DNA of 64,000 nt from contig CALVYA010000005.1 of NCBI GenBank assembly GCA_944371905.1, positions 7,728-71,727 on the forward strand, read 5' to 3'. A program made the position numbers and the translations under genes. The notes under the pieces were generated by a model, which searched no databases, was not told the DNA's origin, and was given only the letters and a program-made list of their open reading frames with translations. The stretch comes from an uncultured Bacilli bacterium (GTDB lineage Bacteria > Bacillota_I > Bacilli_A > RF39 > UBA660). Of this stretch, positions 1 through 9,984 are shown in pieces. Positions within the stretch are counted from its first letter, which is position 1. Every line of letters begins with the position of its first letter.

Positions 1-342
1 CCAATTAGTTTATCTCCTCTGGCAAGAGCTAATGATGAACGTCCTAACATTACAGATCGTTTTCAATTAGTAATTAACGGAGCAGAAATAGTAAATGGAT
101 TTTCCGAGTTAGTTGATCCTATGGAACAAGAAAAAAGGCTTCTTGAACAAGCTAACCTAAAAGCTAATGGCGATGAAGAAGCCATGGATATGGATTATGA
201 TTATATTGGTGCGATGGAGTATGGTATGCCACCTATTTCAGGATGGGGAATGGGAATTGATCGTTTGATTCAATTACTTACTAATAGCGAAAATATAAAA
301 GATGTAGTAATGTTTCCATTAATGCGGCCTATAGATAAATAA
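1..342 (+). CDS. lysS: Lysyl-tRNA synthetase (class II), C-terminal fragment; the 5' end is outside the window
   Basis: Frame 1 is open from base 1. The translation ...ITDRFQLVINGAEIVNGFSELVDP...YGMPPISGWGMGIDRLIQLL...MFPLMRP has the class II aaRS motif 2/3 region typical of LysS. Confidence 0.85.
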   Translation, partial: PISLSPLARANDERPNITDRFQLVINGAEIVNGFSELVDPMEQEKRLLEQANLKANGDEEAMDMDYDYIGAMEYGMPPISGWGMGIDRLIQLLTNSENIKDVVMFPLMRPIDK

Positions 343-366
343 AAGCAGAAAACTGCTTTTTTTTTG
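342..366 (+). terminator. Rho-independent terminator after lysS
   Basis: AAAGCAG-aaaa-CTGCTTT hairpin followed by a T run. Confidence 0.7.
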
Positions 367-394
367 ATAAAATATCAAAATTTATCATAAAAAC

Positions 395-422
395 TTGTTT
401 TTGTACTAAAATATTGTATAAT
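395..422 (+). promoter_or_regulatory. Candidate sigma-A promoter for the 442 ORF
   Basis: TTGTTT (395-400), 16-nt spacer, TATAAT (417-422), about 20 nt upstream of the GGGAGGG RBS. Confidence 0.35.
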
Positions 423-441
423 TAAAAATGGGAGGGTTAAA

Positions 442-1845
442 ATGAAAAAACATAGTTTATTTAAAGTGATTGGCATCACGATTATTGTAGCAGTTATATT
501 GACTTGGATTTTTCCTATAACATATTTTGGATATAGTTTAACGGAAGAAGCTCGTAGTCAAGTTGGACTTTTTGAATTATTCTCACTTGGTCCAGTTGTA
601 TTCTACTATTTTGGAAGCATTATTTTTTATGTACTTGCTATAGGAGGTTTCTATGGGGTTTTATATCATATTGATGGATATAGAAATTTACTTGATAAAA
701 TAGTAGAAAAATTTAAAGGAAAAGAAAATATTTTCTTAATAGTTATTATGGTTTTATTTGCAATTATTGCATCTATGGCTGGTATAACTACAGGATTATT
801 GTTCTTGTTCCCATTAATTATTTCTATTATATTACTGATGGGATATAATAAGCAAACAGCTGCTTTAGTTACTGTTGGTTCTGTTGCGGTTGGTTTAATT
901 GGTACAACTGTATCAGCAACTAATATTAATGCTATTGTGGGAATTTTAGGATTGGATTTCAGTTCTGAATTATTAACTAAAGCGATTATTTTAGTAGTTG
1001 GATTGGTATTATTAATTTTCAATACTTTGTCATATGCTAAAAAACATAAAAATAATAAAGAAGAAAAGAAAGATGATGAATTAGAATTACCTGTTTCTAA
1101 AGATTCTAAGAAAAAAGTTTGGCCAATTGTTTTAGTTATTGATTTAATTTTAATAATTATGATTTTAGCTTCTATATCTTGGGATACAGTATTAGGTGTA
1201 AATTTATTTAATGACATTCATGAATCTGTAATGAATTTTAAAGCAGGCGATTTTGCTATTTTTGGTAAGATTCTTGGTGAAAATAGTACAGTTGCATTTG
1301 GAAAATGGACTTTAATTGAATATACACTTTTAGTAACTTTAGGTGCAGGAATTATCTCTTTACTATATAAGAAAAGTTTTAATAAATTTATTAAAGCGTT
1401 CTATGAAGGAATGAAAAAAGCTTTTAAACCAGCAGTATTAATTTTCTTTGCTTATATAGTATTAGTAATTACTGCTACACATCCAGTGTTATTAGCAATA
1501 TTTAAACCATTATTAACTGCTACAAGTGGATTTAATGTATTTACAATGAGTATTGTTGCATTTATTAGTAGTATCTTTAATATTGAAACTTATTATACAG
1601 CATCAGGAGTTTTACCATATGTAACTTCAATTATTAGTGATACTTCAACTTATCCATTAATTGCTATTATTTGGCAAGCAATGTATGGATTAGCTGCTTT
1701 AGTAGCTCCTACTAGTTTGGTATTAATCGCAACTTTATCTTATTTAAATATATCTTTCTGGCAATGGCTAAAAGCTTCATGGAAATTAATTTTAGAAATT
1801 TTAGTTGCCTTGTTATTGATTTTTACAATATTAATTTTAATTTAA
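442..1845 (+). CDS. Polytopic membrane protein, YfcC/DcuC-like putative transporter
   Basis: 467 aa with more than 10 hydrophobic segments. The N-terminus ...IIVAVILTWIFP... and the block VLAIGGFYGVL...GKENIFLIVIMVLFAIIASMAG...LMGYNKQTAALVTVG are collinear with my recollection of E. coli YfcC. GGGAGGG RBS. Confidence 0.6.
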   Translation: MKKHSLFKVIGITIIVAVILTWIFPITYFGYSLTEEARSQVGLFELFSLGPVVFYYFGSIIFYVLAIGGFYGVLYHIDGYRNLLDKIVEKFKGKENIFLIVIMVLFAIIASMAGITTGLLFLFPLIISIILLMGYNKQTAALVTVGSVAVGLIGTTVSATNINAIVGILGLDFSSELLTKAIILVVGLVLLIFNTLSYAKKHKNNKEEKKDDELELPVSKDSKKKVWPIVLVIDLILIIMILASISWDTVLGVNLFNDIHESVMNFKAGDFAIFGKILGENSTVAFGKWTLIEYTLLVTLGAGIISLLYKKSFNKFIKAFYEGMKKAFKPAVLIFFAYIVLVITATHPVLLAIFKPLLTATSGFNVFTMSIVAFISSIFNIETYYTASGVLPYVTSIISDTSTYPLIAIIWQAMYGLAALVAPTSLVLIATLSYLNISFWQWLKASWKLILEILVALLLIFTILILI

Positions 1846-1924
1846 AAAGAACTTCGGCTCTTTTTTTGTTTATCTTTTGAAAAAAAAGACATAATAAACA
1901 TAGAATAATATGAAAGGTGATTAT

Positions 1925-4231
1925 ATGTTTTCAAAATTTACGGAAGAAGCTCGTAAAGTATTAGTTAGTGCAAAAAAAGAAATGACGGATTTAAAGCATC
2001 CTTATGTTGGAAGTGAGCATTTGTTATTAGCAATATTAAAAAATAAGGATAGTGCTATTGCAAAAAAATTAAAAGAGTATAATTTGGATTATAATAGTTT
2101 TAAAAAAGAAATCATTAATATAATAGGAATAGGCACAGAAGTTACAGAATGGTATTTATATACACCTTTATTAAAGAAAGTGATTGAAGATGCCATGATG
2201 GAATCTAAAGAAGAAATGAAAGATGTAACAGTAGAAATGCTTTTTTCTTCTTTAATTCACGAAGGCGAAGGTATAGCTATTAGGATTATGTTAGCTATGA
2301 ATGTTGATTTTGATAGCATTATGGAAGAGTTTAATGTTAAAACTGCCGGAAAAAAAATTAAATCAAAGAAAAAATTAATGATTGACGAATTTGGATATGA
2401 TTTAAATAAAAAGGCTCGTCAAGAAGAAATAGATCCGGTTATAGGAAGAAATGGTGAATTAGAAAGATTAATTGAGATATTATGTAGAAGAACTAAAAAT
2501 AATCCATTATTAATTGGCGAAGCTGGTGTAGGTAAAACTGCGATTGTGGAAGAATTAAGTAGAAAAATAGTTCAGGGAATGGTTCCAGAACAATTAAAAA
2601 ATAAAAGAATTGTATCTGTTTCTATGTCTAGTTTAGTGGCAGGAACGAAATATCGTGGGGAGTTTGAAGAAAGAATTACAAAAATGTTGAAAGAGTTAGA
2701 AAACGATAATAATGTTATTGTTTTTATTGATGAGATGCATACATTAGTTGGAGCTGGTGGAGCAGAAGGAGCCATCGATGCTTCTAATATACTTAAACCT
2801 ATTTTAGCAAGAGGGAAAATAAAAATCATTGGTGCAACGACAATTGAAGAATACAAAAAATATATTGAAGAAGATCGAGCTTTAGCTAGAAGATTTCAAA
2901 CTATTTTGATAGAAGAACCTGATAGTAATAAAACTAAAGAGATTTTATTAAAACTAAAACCAATATATGAAAAATATCATAATGTTAAAATATCTGATGA
3001 AGTGATAGACGCTATAGTTAAATTATCTAATCGATATATCTATAATAGAAAACAGCCAGATAAAGCCATTGATATTTTAGATGAAGCTGCAGCTAAAGTT
3101 TCGGTAGCTAAAGATAAAAAAAGTAATCATTTAAATATTTTAAAGGAAGAATTAGATAATATTATGGAGGAAAAAAATAAAGCTATTATTAAACAAGACT
3201 ATAATAGTGCTGCCTCTTTTAGAAAAGCAGAAAACCAATTAGAAACAAAAATAAATAAATTAGAAGAAAAAAAGTTAAAAAATATTAATACTAAAATAGT
3301 TACCACCAAAACAATAGCGGAAATAATTAATTTAAAAACTAAAATACCAGTTTATGAATTAGAACAAGATGATTTTAAAAATATTTTAAAATTAAAAAAG
3401 TCCATGATGTCTAAAATAAAAGGGCAGGAAGTAGCTATTGATAAATTATATCAAATAAGCAAGAGAATAAAATTAGGTTTTAAAGAAGAATCAAAACCGG
3501 TATCTTTATTGTTTGTAGGACCTACTGGAGTAGGGAAAACTTTATTAGTAAAAGAGTTTAGTAAACTGTTAGTAGGAAGTAATAATTTAATCACGTTAGA
3601 TATGAGTGAATATAAAGAAGAGCATACTATTAGTAAAATCATAGGATCTCCACCGGGATATGTTGGTTATTCAAATAAAAATACAGTAGTAGAAGAAATA
3701 AAAAATAAGCCATATTCAGTTATTTTAGTAGACGAAATAGAAAAAGCTCATCCCTCAGTCCTTAATTTGTTTTTACAAATATTAGATGAAGGAAGAATTA
3801 AGGATTCTAGAGGAAATAGTATAAGGCTTGATCATAATATTATTATTATGACTTCTAATATAGGTTTTAATAAAAATGCAATAGGATTTAATCAATCGGA
3901 TAACAATAGTATTGAAACTAAGTTAAAGGAATTTTTAAGTCCGGAAATAATGAATAGGATTGATGATGTTATTATTTTTAGCAAGTTAAATAGAAAAAAT
4001 ATTTTTGATATTGTGACTAAAAAATTAAAAGAAGTGAAAGAAAAATTTCGAGAAAATAATATTGATATTCATATAAGTAATAAAGTAGTGGAACAAATTA
4101 TTGATGAAAGTAAATTTGAAGAATATGGTGCTAGGAAGATTGATAAAATTATAAGAACAAAAGTCGATAACATTATAATAGATGAATTATTGTTAGGAAA
4201 GAAGAAATTTAATATACAATCAATATATTGA
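1925..4231 (+). CDS. clpC: ATP-dependent Clp protease ATP-binding subunit (ClpC-type, two AAA+ modules)
   Basis: Clp_N repeats (GSEHLLLAIL / ...IHEGEGIAIRIM), D1 Walker A GEAGVGKTA, D2 Walker A GPTGVGKT, Walker B ILVDEIEKAH. I prefer the ATG at 1925 (MFSKFTEEA) after an AAAGGTGA RBS over the track start at 1910. Confidence 0.9.
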   Translation: MFSKFTEEARKVLVSAKKEMTDLKHPYVGSEHLLLAILKNKDSAIAKKLKEYNLDYNSFKKEIINIIGIGTEVTEWYLYTPLLKKVIEDAMMESKEEMKDVTVEMLFSSLIHEGEGIAIRIMLAMNVDFDSIMEEFNVKTAGKKIKSKKKLMIDEFGYDLNKKARQEEIDPVIGRNGELERLIEILCRRTKNNPLLIGEAGVGKTAIVEELSRKIVQGMVPEQLKNKRIVSVSMSSLVAGTKYRGEFEERITKMLKELENDNNVIVFIDEMHTLVGAGGAEGAIDASNILKPILARGKIKIIGATTIEEYKKYIEEDRALARRFQTILIEEPDSNKTKEILLKLKPIYEKYHNVKISDEVIDAIVKLSNRYIYNRKQPDKAIDILDEAAAKVSVAKDKKSNHLNILKEELDNIMEEKNKAIIKQDYNSAASFRKAENQLETKINKLEEKKLKNINTKIVTTKTIAEIINLKTKIPVYELEQDDFKNILKLKKSMMSKIKGQEVAIDKLYQISKRIKLGFKEESKPVSLLFVGPTGVGKTLLVKEFSKLLVGSNNLITLDMSEYKEEHTISKIIGSPPGYVGYSNKNTVVEEIKNKPYSVILVDEIEKAHPSVLNLFLQILDEGRIKDSRGNSIRLDHNIIIMTSNIGFNKNAIGFNQSDNNSIETKLKEFLSPEIMNRIDDVIIFSKLNRKNIFDIVTKKLKEVKEKFRENNIDIHISNKVVEQIIDESKFEEYGARKIDKIIRTKVDNIIIDELLLGKKKFNIQSIY

Positions 4232-4294
4232 TGTATATGGATTTCTTTTTTTATGATATAATTTGATTAAGATAAATAAAGAGGAGAATCAATT

Positions 4295-5390
4295 ATGGAT
4301 TTTAATGAAATAAAAAAAACTCTGGAAATGAATCGTAATAAAATATCTAGTTTATGGAGGTCACTTTGACATAGATTCTAAACAGGAAAGAGTTTTGACT
4401 CTAGAGAAAGAAATGATGAAGGAATCTTTTTGGAATGATAAAAGTAAAGCAGAAGCTATTATTGATGAGTTAAATAATTTAAAGCAAATGACGGATGCTA
4501 TCAAAGAGGCAAAAATAAGAATTGATAATAATTATTCTTTCATTGATAATATTGAAAATGATGAAGAAATGTTAAAAATAATGACAGAAGAAGTTAATGA
4601 TATATCTAAAATAGTAAATAAATTAGAAGTGAATCTTCTTTTAAGTGGACCTTATGATAAATGTGATTGTGTTTTAGAGATTCATTCAGGAGCTGGAGGA
4701 ACTGAAGCCTGTGATTGGGCTAATATGCTTTATAGAATGTATCTAAGGTGGTGTGAGAAGAAAAAATATAAAGTAGAAGTTTTAGATTATCAAGAAGGGG
4801 AAGAAGTTGGAATTAAAAGTGTTTACTTATCAATCAAAGGGAAGAATAGTTATGGGTATTTAAAAAATGAAAAAGGTATCCATAGGTTGGTAAGATTATC
4901 ACCATTTGATACTAATAATAAGCGTCATACTTCTTTTGCGTCAGTAGATGTGATACCAGAGTTTGATAATACTTTAGATATAGAAATTAATGAAAAAGAC
5001 CTAAAAATTGATGTATATCGCTCCAGTGGAGCTGGAGGTCAGCATGTTAATACTACTGATAGTGCTGTTAGAATTACTCATTTACCTACCAAAATTGTAG
5101 TGACTTGTCAAAGTCAAAGAAGTCAAATTCAAAACAGGGAAAAAGCTATGGAAATATTAAAAAACAAGTTAAAATTGTTAGAAATTGAAAAACAGAATAA
5201 ACAGTTGAATGCATTACGTGGAGAACAAAAAAATATTGAATTTGGTTCACAAATAAGAAGCTATGTTATGCATCCTTATTCAATGGTAAAAGATCATAGA
5301 ACTGGATATGAAACTAGTAATGTAGATAAAGTTTTAGATGGTGATCTTGATGAATTTATAGAAGCAAATTTAAAGGGGATAAGTTTATGA
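4295..5390 (+). CDS. prfB: Peptide chain release factor 2, expressed through a programmed +1 frameshift (4295-4366 joined to 4368-5390)
   Basis: A short frame (MDFNEIKKTLEMNRNKISSLWRSL) ends at CTT TGA C. The downstream frame carries SPF (LVRLSPFD) and GGQ (SGAGGQHVNTTDSAVR). Confidence 0.92.
4355..4370 (+). promoter_or_regulatory. prfB autoregulatory +1 frameshift site
   Basis: TGGAGG (SD-like), TCA, then CTT TGA C. This is the canonical RF2 recoding cassette. Confidence 0.9.
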
Positions 5391-6259
5391 ATAAAGAAAA
5401 ATCTAAAAATATAGTAAGACAAATTTATAAAAAATTTCGCTGGAAGAGATATTTACAATTGTTATTAGGTAGTTTTATTTTTGCTCTTGCATTTAATTTG
5501 TTTATTTTACCTAATAATTTTGTGTATGGAGGAGTTAGTGGATTAGCAATTATTCTTCAAGAATTGTTTGGTTTTGAACCTTCACCAACTATTATGATCT
5601 TATCACTATTATTATTAGTAGTTAGTTATTTTGCTTTAGGTAAAGAAAAAACGGTTGGTTCGATTATGGGATCAATTTTATTTCCAATTATGGTTGATTT
5701 AACAAGCAACGTAAGATTATATTTAGATATTGATACATCTCAAATGTTATTATCAGCAATTTTTGGTGGAGTAGTAGCAGGAATAGGTGCAGGGCTTATT
5801 TATAAAGCAGGATTTAGTAATGGAGGAACAGATATTTTAAATCAAATTGTTTCCAAATACGGTAAAGTAAGTATGGGAAAAGCAATTATTATGAGTGATG
5901 GACTGATTTTATTAAGTGGTACTTTTATTTTTGGAATTAATAATTTTATGTATGCTCTTATCGTTTTATATATCATTAGTATTATTACTGATCGCGTTTT
6001 GCTTGGAATTTCTGATTCGAAAGCGTTTTATATCGTAACGGAAAAAGATTCAGAGGTAAAGGAATTTGTTTTAGATAAATTGAGTCATGGCGTAACTATT
6101 TTTGAAGCAAGAGGAGGATATGAAAATAAGAAACAGAAAGTATTATTTTGTGTGATTCCAACCAAAGAATATTTTAAATTAAAAGAAGGAATATCACTAA
6201 TTGATAGTAAAGCATTTTTTGTAGTTACAGACGCATATGAAGTATACGGTGGTGAGTAA
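5387..6259 (+). CDS. YitT-family membrane protein (DUF161 repeats plus C-terminal DUF2179)
   Basis: GGVSGLAIIL, GFSNGGTDIL, and the C-terminal HGVTIFEARGGYE...VIPTKEYFKLKE...VVTDAYEVYGG. The ATGA overlaps the prfB stop. Confidence 0.8.
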   Translation: MNKEKSKNIVRQIYKKFRWKRYLQLLLGSFIFALAFNLFILPNNFVYGGVSGLAIILQELFGFEPSPTIMILSLLLLVVSYFALGKEKTVGSIMGSILFPIMVDLTSNVRLYLDIDTSQMLLSAIFGGVVAGIGAGLIYKAGFSNGGTDILNQIVSKYGKVSMGKAIIMSDGLILLSGTFIFGINNFMYALIVLYIISIITDRVLLGISDSKAFYIVTEKDSEVKEFVLDKLSHGVTIFEARGGYENKKQKVLFCVIPTKEYFKLKEGISLIDSKAFFVVTDAYEVYGGE

Positions 6260-6260
6260 A

Positions 6261-7121
6261 ATGTTTCATAGAATTTGGGATATTATTGAAGAAAAACATT
6301 TACTGAAACGTTATGGATATCTAACTTTATCCTTATTTTTAGCAGCTATATGTTATAACTTATTAATATATCCAGCTAAGATAGTATCAGGAGGAGCTAA
6401 TGGATTATCTATTGTAGTAGAAACTGCGTTTGGCATCCCCCCTGCAACCTTTATTCTTGCTTTCTCAACTATTATTTTAATAATTTCTTTCTTGGTTTTA
6501 GGAGTTGAAAAATCGAGCGGTTCGGTTATTTCTACTTTTATATATCCTATATTTGTTGAACTAACTTCTGGAATTACTACAATAGTAGATATAAATAGCA
6601 ATGATATGATTTTAATTAGTTTATTTGTAGGAATTATTAGCGGATGGACTTCTGGAATTATATATAAAATGGGCTTTAGTAATGGAGGAATATCATTAAT
6701 TAACCAAATACTTTTTGAAAAACTTCATTTTCCGCTTAGCAAGAGCACTGTTTTAATAAATATGATTATTGTGGCATTAGGTGGTATTTATTATGGAATT
6801 GAAACGATTTTATATGCTATGATTGTTTTATTTGTGAGCGGTATTATTATTGATAGAGTATTATTGGGAATTTCCAATAATAAAATGTTTTATATTATTA
6901 CAACGAAGGAAGACGAAGTTCAGAAATATATATTAAATGAAATAGGACACGGAGTTACTAAATTTAATGTAGTAAAAGGATATTTAAATAATAAAAGTCA
7001 AGCTTTAATGACAGTAATTCCCACCAAAGAATACTTTAAAGTATCGGAAGGAATAAAACAAATTGACAAAAATGCCTTCATTGTTGTCACGGATTCGTAT
7101 CAAATGTCAAATGGTGCCTAA
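6261..7121 (+). CDS. YitT-family membrane protein, tandem paralogue
   Basis: Same architecture (GGANGLSIVV, GFSNGGISLI, HGVTKFNVVKGY...VIPTKEYFKVSE...VVTDSYQMSNG). I prefer the ATG at 6261 after GGTGGTGAG over the track start at 6237. Confidence 0.8.
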   Translation: MFHRIWDIIEEKHLLKRYGYLTLSLFLAAICYNLLIYPAKIVSGGANGLSIVVETAFGIPPATFILAFSTIILIISFLVLGVEKSSGSVISTFIYPIFVELTSGITTIVDINSNDMILISLFVGIISGWTSGIIYKMGFSNGGISLINQILFEKLHFPLSKSTVLINMIIVALGGIYYGIETILYAMIVLFVSGIIIDRVLLGISNNKMFYIITTKEDEVQKYILNEIGHGVTKFNVVKGYLNNKSQALMTVIPTKEYFKVSEGIKQIDKNAFIVVTDSYQMSNGA

Positions 7122-7189
7122 AATTTCCAATGAAATTTGTCGAATTTATGTTATAATAAAATTGTATCGACAATAAAAAGGAGGTAAAA

Positions 7190-7888
7190 ATGGATCTAAT
7201 TAATATTAAACATGTTAATAAGGTATATAAAAATGGTGTTACGGCGATATATGATCTGTCGTTAAAGATAAAAAAAGGTGATTTTGTTTTTGTCATAGGT
7301 GGTTCAGGAAGCGGGAAATCCACTTTAATAAAAATGTTGTATCGAGAAGAAAGACCAACATCTGGAGAGATTATTTTAGGGGGATTAAATGTAGCTAGAT
7401 TACGTAATAGTAAAGTTTATAAATTAAGACGAAAACTAGGAATTGTCTTTCAAGACTATAGACTATTACCAAAGTTAACAGTATATGAAAATGTAGCATT
7501 TGCATTAGAGGTAATTGGTGCAAAAAAAGAAGAAATCAAAACAAAAACATTAAAAGCTATTGATCTTGTTGGCTTAAAAGCAAAGACTAGAACTTATCCT
7601 ACGGAGTTATCAGGAGGAGAACAACAACGTGTAGCAATAGCAAGAGCTATTGTTAATAATCCTAAATTGTTAATTTGTGATGAGCCTACTGGTAATTTGG
7701 ATCCTGATATGAGTAGAGAAATAGTAAAAGTTCTGGACAATATTAATAAAGAAGTAGGAACAACAATTATTATGGCTACTCATGATCGAGAGATAGTAAA
7801 TGAAATGAAAAAGCATGTCATTGCTTTAAAAGATGGAAGATTAGTAAAAGACTATGAGAAAGGAACTTACGATAATGAAATTGTTTAG
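7190..7888 (+). CDS. ftsE: Cell-division ABC transporter ATP-binding protein FtsE
   Basis: Walker A GGSGSGKST, signature LSGGEQQR, Walker B LLICDEPTGNLD. It lies directly upstream of ftsX. Confidence 0.9.
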   Translation: MDLINIKHVNKVYKNGVTAIYDLSLKIKKGDFVFVIGGSGSGKSTLIKMLYREERPTSGEIILGGLNVARLRNSKVYKLRRKLGIVFQDYRLLPKLTVYENVAFALEVIGAKKEEIKTKTLKAIDLVGLKAKTRTYPTELSGGEQQRVAIARAIVNNPKLLICDEPTGNLDPDMSREIVKVLDNINKEVGTTIIMATHDREIVNEMKKHVIALKDGRLVKDYEKGTYDNEIV

Positions 7889-8774
7889 AATGTTTGGAAG
7901 AAATGTGCGTGATGCCTTTAAAAGTGTAACAAGAAATTTTTCATTATCCATTGCTTCTATCTCATGTATAAGTATTACGTTAATTGTTGTAGGACTTTCA
8001 TTAATTATTTCATTTAATGTAGATAATTTTACTAGAACTATAAAGAAAGATGTGACAGTGGTTGTTTTCTTAGAGCAGGATACAACGAAAGAGGAACTGG
8101 AAAGTATTCAAAAAGAAATAGCTGGATTTGATAATGTTGAATCTATTAAAATTAAGACAAAAGAAGAATCTAAAAAGGAAATGATGGCGGAATCAGAAGT
8201 GTTTGAAGCAACAATGGAAACTTGGCCAGAAGAGGATAATCCTTTAAGAGATAGTTATTTAATTAAAGTAGAAAGAATTGAAGATATTGGCGATACAGCC
8301 GATAAAATAAGAAAAATTGATAAAGTTGAAGTAGTGGATTATGGAGAAGAGATGGTAGAAAGATTAGTTGGAGCATTTAAACTAGTAGAGAAGATTACCA
8401 TTGTTATTGTAGCAATATTAATTATTGTTACAGTATTCTTAATAGTGAATACTATTAAATTAACTATATTCTCTCGTAAACGCGAAATCTCTATTATGAG
8501 ATTAGTTGGTGCTAGTAATTTAACTATAAAGATACCATTTGTAATAGAAGGTATGATTATCGGTGCTATAGGTTCTATTATTCCAATTATAATTTCTATT
8601 TATGGTTATGTAGCATTTTATGAAGAATTTGATGGTCAATTATTTTCAGCTTTAATAAAATTAGTTCCTCCAGAACCTTTCATATATTTAATAGCAATAG
8701 CAATTTTAGTTATTGGTGTTATTGTAGGTATGTTTGGTAGTGGAAGAGCAGTAAGGAAGTATTTAAAGGTATGA
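7875..8774 (+). CDS. ftsX: Cell-division permease-like protein FtsX
   Basis: 4-TM FtsX architecture with an extracellular domain between TM1 and TM2, and C-terminal ...RKREISIMRLVGASN.... The ATG at 7875 overlaps the ftsE 3' end. Confidence 0.85.
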   Translation: MKLFRMFGRNVRDAFKSVTRNFSLSIASISCISITLIVVGLSLIISFNVDNFTRTIKKDVTVVVFLEQDTTKEELESIQKEIAGFDNVESIKIKTKEESKKEMMAESEVFEATMETWPEEDNPLRDSYLIKVERIEDIGDTADKIRKIDKVEVVDYGEEMVERLVGAFKLVEKITIVIVAILIIVTVFLIVNTIKLTIFSRKREISIMRLVGASNLTIKIPFVIEGMIIGAIGSIIPIIISIYGYVAFYEEFDGQLFSALIKLVPPEPFIYLIAIAILVIGVIVGMFGSGRAVRKYLKV

Positions 8775-9964
8775 GAAAAGTATTAAGAATATTGTTAATT
8801 TTAATGATTTGCATTGCTTTAGTGCCTCATGATACACATGCAATAACGTTAGGAGAATACGAGGCTCAGTTACAGAAATATAAGGCGGATGCTGCTGCCA
8901 ATCAAGCTGCATTAAATAAAACAGAAGCAGAAATTGCTGAAACTAACCGACAAATAGAAAATACGAAGACAGAAATTAAGAATCTAGCTAATGAAGTCAC
9001 TAAATTAAAAGAAGAAATTGTTCAGTTTAATGAAGAAATAAAAGAAAAAAGTTTACAGACAAAAGAGTTATTTCAATATTTTCAAATGTCAAATGGTGAA
9101 AATGCATATTTAGAGTATGCATTTGGAGCTGAAACAGTAACAGATTTAATTTACAGAATGGCTATCGTTGAACAAATGACAGAATATAATGAAAAAGTTA
9201 CAAAAGAATTAGAGGATATGATAAAAGCCAATCAGGAAAGAGAAGAAGAAATAAAAGAAATAAACAAAGATTTAGAGGTAAAACAGAAAGAACTAGAAGA
9301 AAAAGTTGTTTCTTTAGGTAATACGAAATCTTCTTTAACTGTAGGAGGAGCTTCTATTCAAGATCAAATAAAAAACTATGAAGAAAAAGTTAATTATTAC
9401 AGAAACAAGGGATGTAGTAGTAATGATGTTATCGGAGTTGATTGTGCTGTAAGTGCTTCTTCTGGTGTATTTCGAAGACCGGTAGGAGTTGGATATATTA
9501 CTAGTGAATTTGGAAGTCGAGGAGGATCTTTTCATAGAGGATTAGATATTAGTAATGGAGATCCATATAATACGAAGATTTATCCTGTAGCTAACGGAAC
9601 TATTAGTTCAATTTGGCAAGATTTATATGGAGCATTAATAGTTACTGTCGAACATTATGAATCTGTTAGTGGAACTTATTATACGTCAATGTATGCACAT
9701 TTAAGTTCTTATGCTCCTAACATATATGTTGGAAAATATGTTACTTCAGATGATTATCTTGGCTATATGGGAAATACAGGTTATTCTACCGGCCCACATT
9801 TACATATGGAAATAGCACCATGTAGATTATATTTAGATAGTGCTTGCTATACTTGGGATTCTTATACACGATTTGTACAGAATCAAGGATATAACGGATT
9901 TAAAGGGCCAAGACAGTTAATCAATTTTCCTAGTGGAACTTATAATGCATGGTATACAAGATAG
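8771..9964 (+). CDS. Secreted coiled-coil M23 (LytM-type) peptidoglycan hydrolase, probable FtsEX partner (PcsB/EnvC-like arrangement)
   Basis: Signal peptide, a long heptad-rich N-terminal half, and C-terminal M23 motifs HRGLDIS and GNTGYSTGPHLHMEI. ATGA overlap with ftsX. Confidence 0.85.
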   Translation: MRKVLRILLILMICIALVPHDTHAITLGEYEAQLQKYKADAAANQAALNKTEAEIAETNRQIENTKTEIKNLANEVTKLKEEIVQFNEEIKEKSLQTKELFQYFQMSNGENAYLEYAFGAETVTDLIYRMAIVEQMTEYNEKVTKELEDMIKANQEREEEIKEINKDLEVKQKELEEKVVSLGNTKSSLTVGGASIQDQIKNYEEKVNYYRNKGCSSNDVIGVDCAVSASSGVFRRPVGVGYITSEFGSRGGSFHRGLDISNGDPYNTKIYPVANGTISSIWQDLYGALIVTVEHYESVSGTYYTSMYAHLSSYAPNIYVGKYVTSDDYLGYMGNTGYSTGPHLHMEIAPCRLYLDSACYTWDSYTRFVQNQGYNGFKGPRQLINFPSGTYNAWYTR

Positions 9965-9984
9965 AATTTGTTCTATCTTTTTTC
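9959..9984 (+). terminator. Rho-independent terminator after the M23 peptidase gene
   Basis: AGATAGAA-tttg-TTCTATCT followed by TTTTT. Confidence 0.7.

Noticed and set aside
666-1217. A 183-aa ORF antisense to the YfcC-like transporter gene. The same class applies to 2572-2856 and 3451-3642 (antisense to clpC), 6353-6601, 7087-7323, 9335-9535, 14741-14938, 17219-17494, 23943-24125, 24983-25177, 27457-27726, 27962-28198, 28821-29033, 31572-31856, 33133-33342, 35239-35430, 35723-35965, 58682-58867, 60908-61114, 61466-61657, 62080-62310 and 62917-63162.
   Set aside because: These are shadow ORFs on the opposite strand of well-supported genes. They are low-complexity, lack an RBS, and are expected by chance in AT-rich DNA, where stop codons are depleted in the antisense of coding frames.
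1925-4231. clpC lacks the ctsR-mcsA-mcsB genes found upstream of it in Bacillus.
   Set aside because: Absence of the ctsR operon context is common outside the Bacillales. I found no CtsR-box-like direct repeat in 1846-1924, so there is nothing to report.
4367-4369. I considered whether this very AT-rich genome uses genetic code 4 (UGA as Trp).
   Set aside because: All large housekeeping ORFs are intact under code 11. TGA terminates genes (for example at 32535-37 and 5388-90). An RF2 gene with a UGA-dependent frameshift site is present.
5387-7121. I considered the tandem YitT-family paralogues as a possible recent duplication or a novel system.
   Set aside because: The two proteins are clearly diverged. 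Tandem YitT genes are common in Firmicutes, and nothing else about them is unusual.
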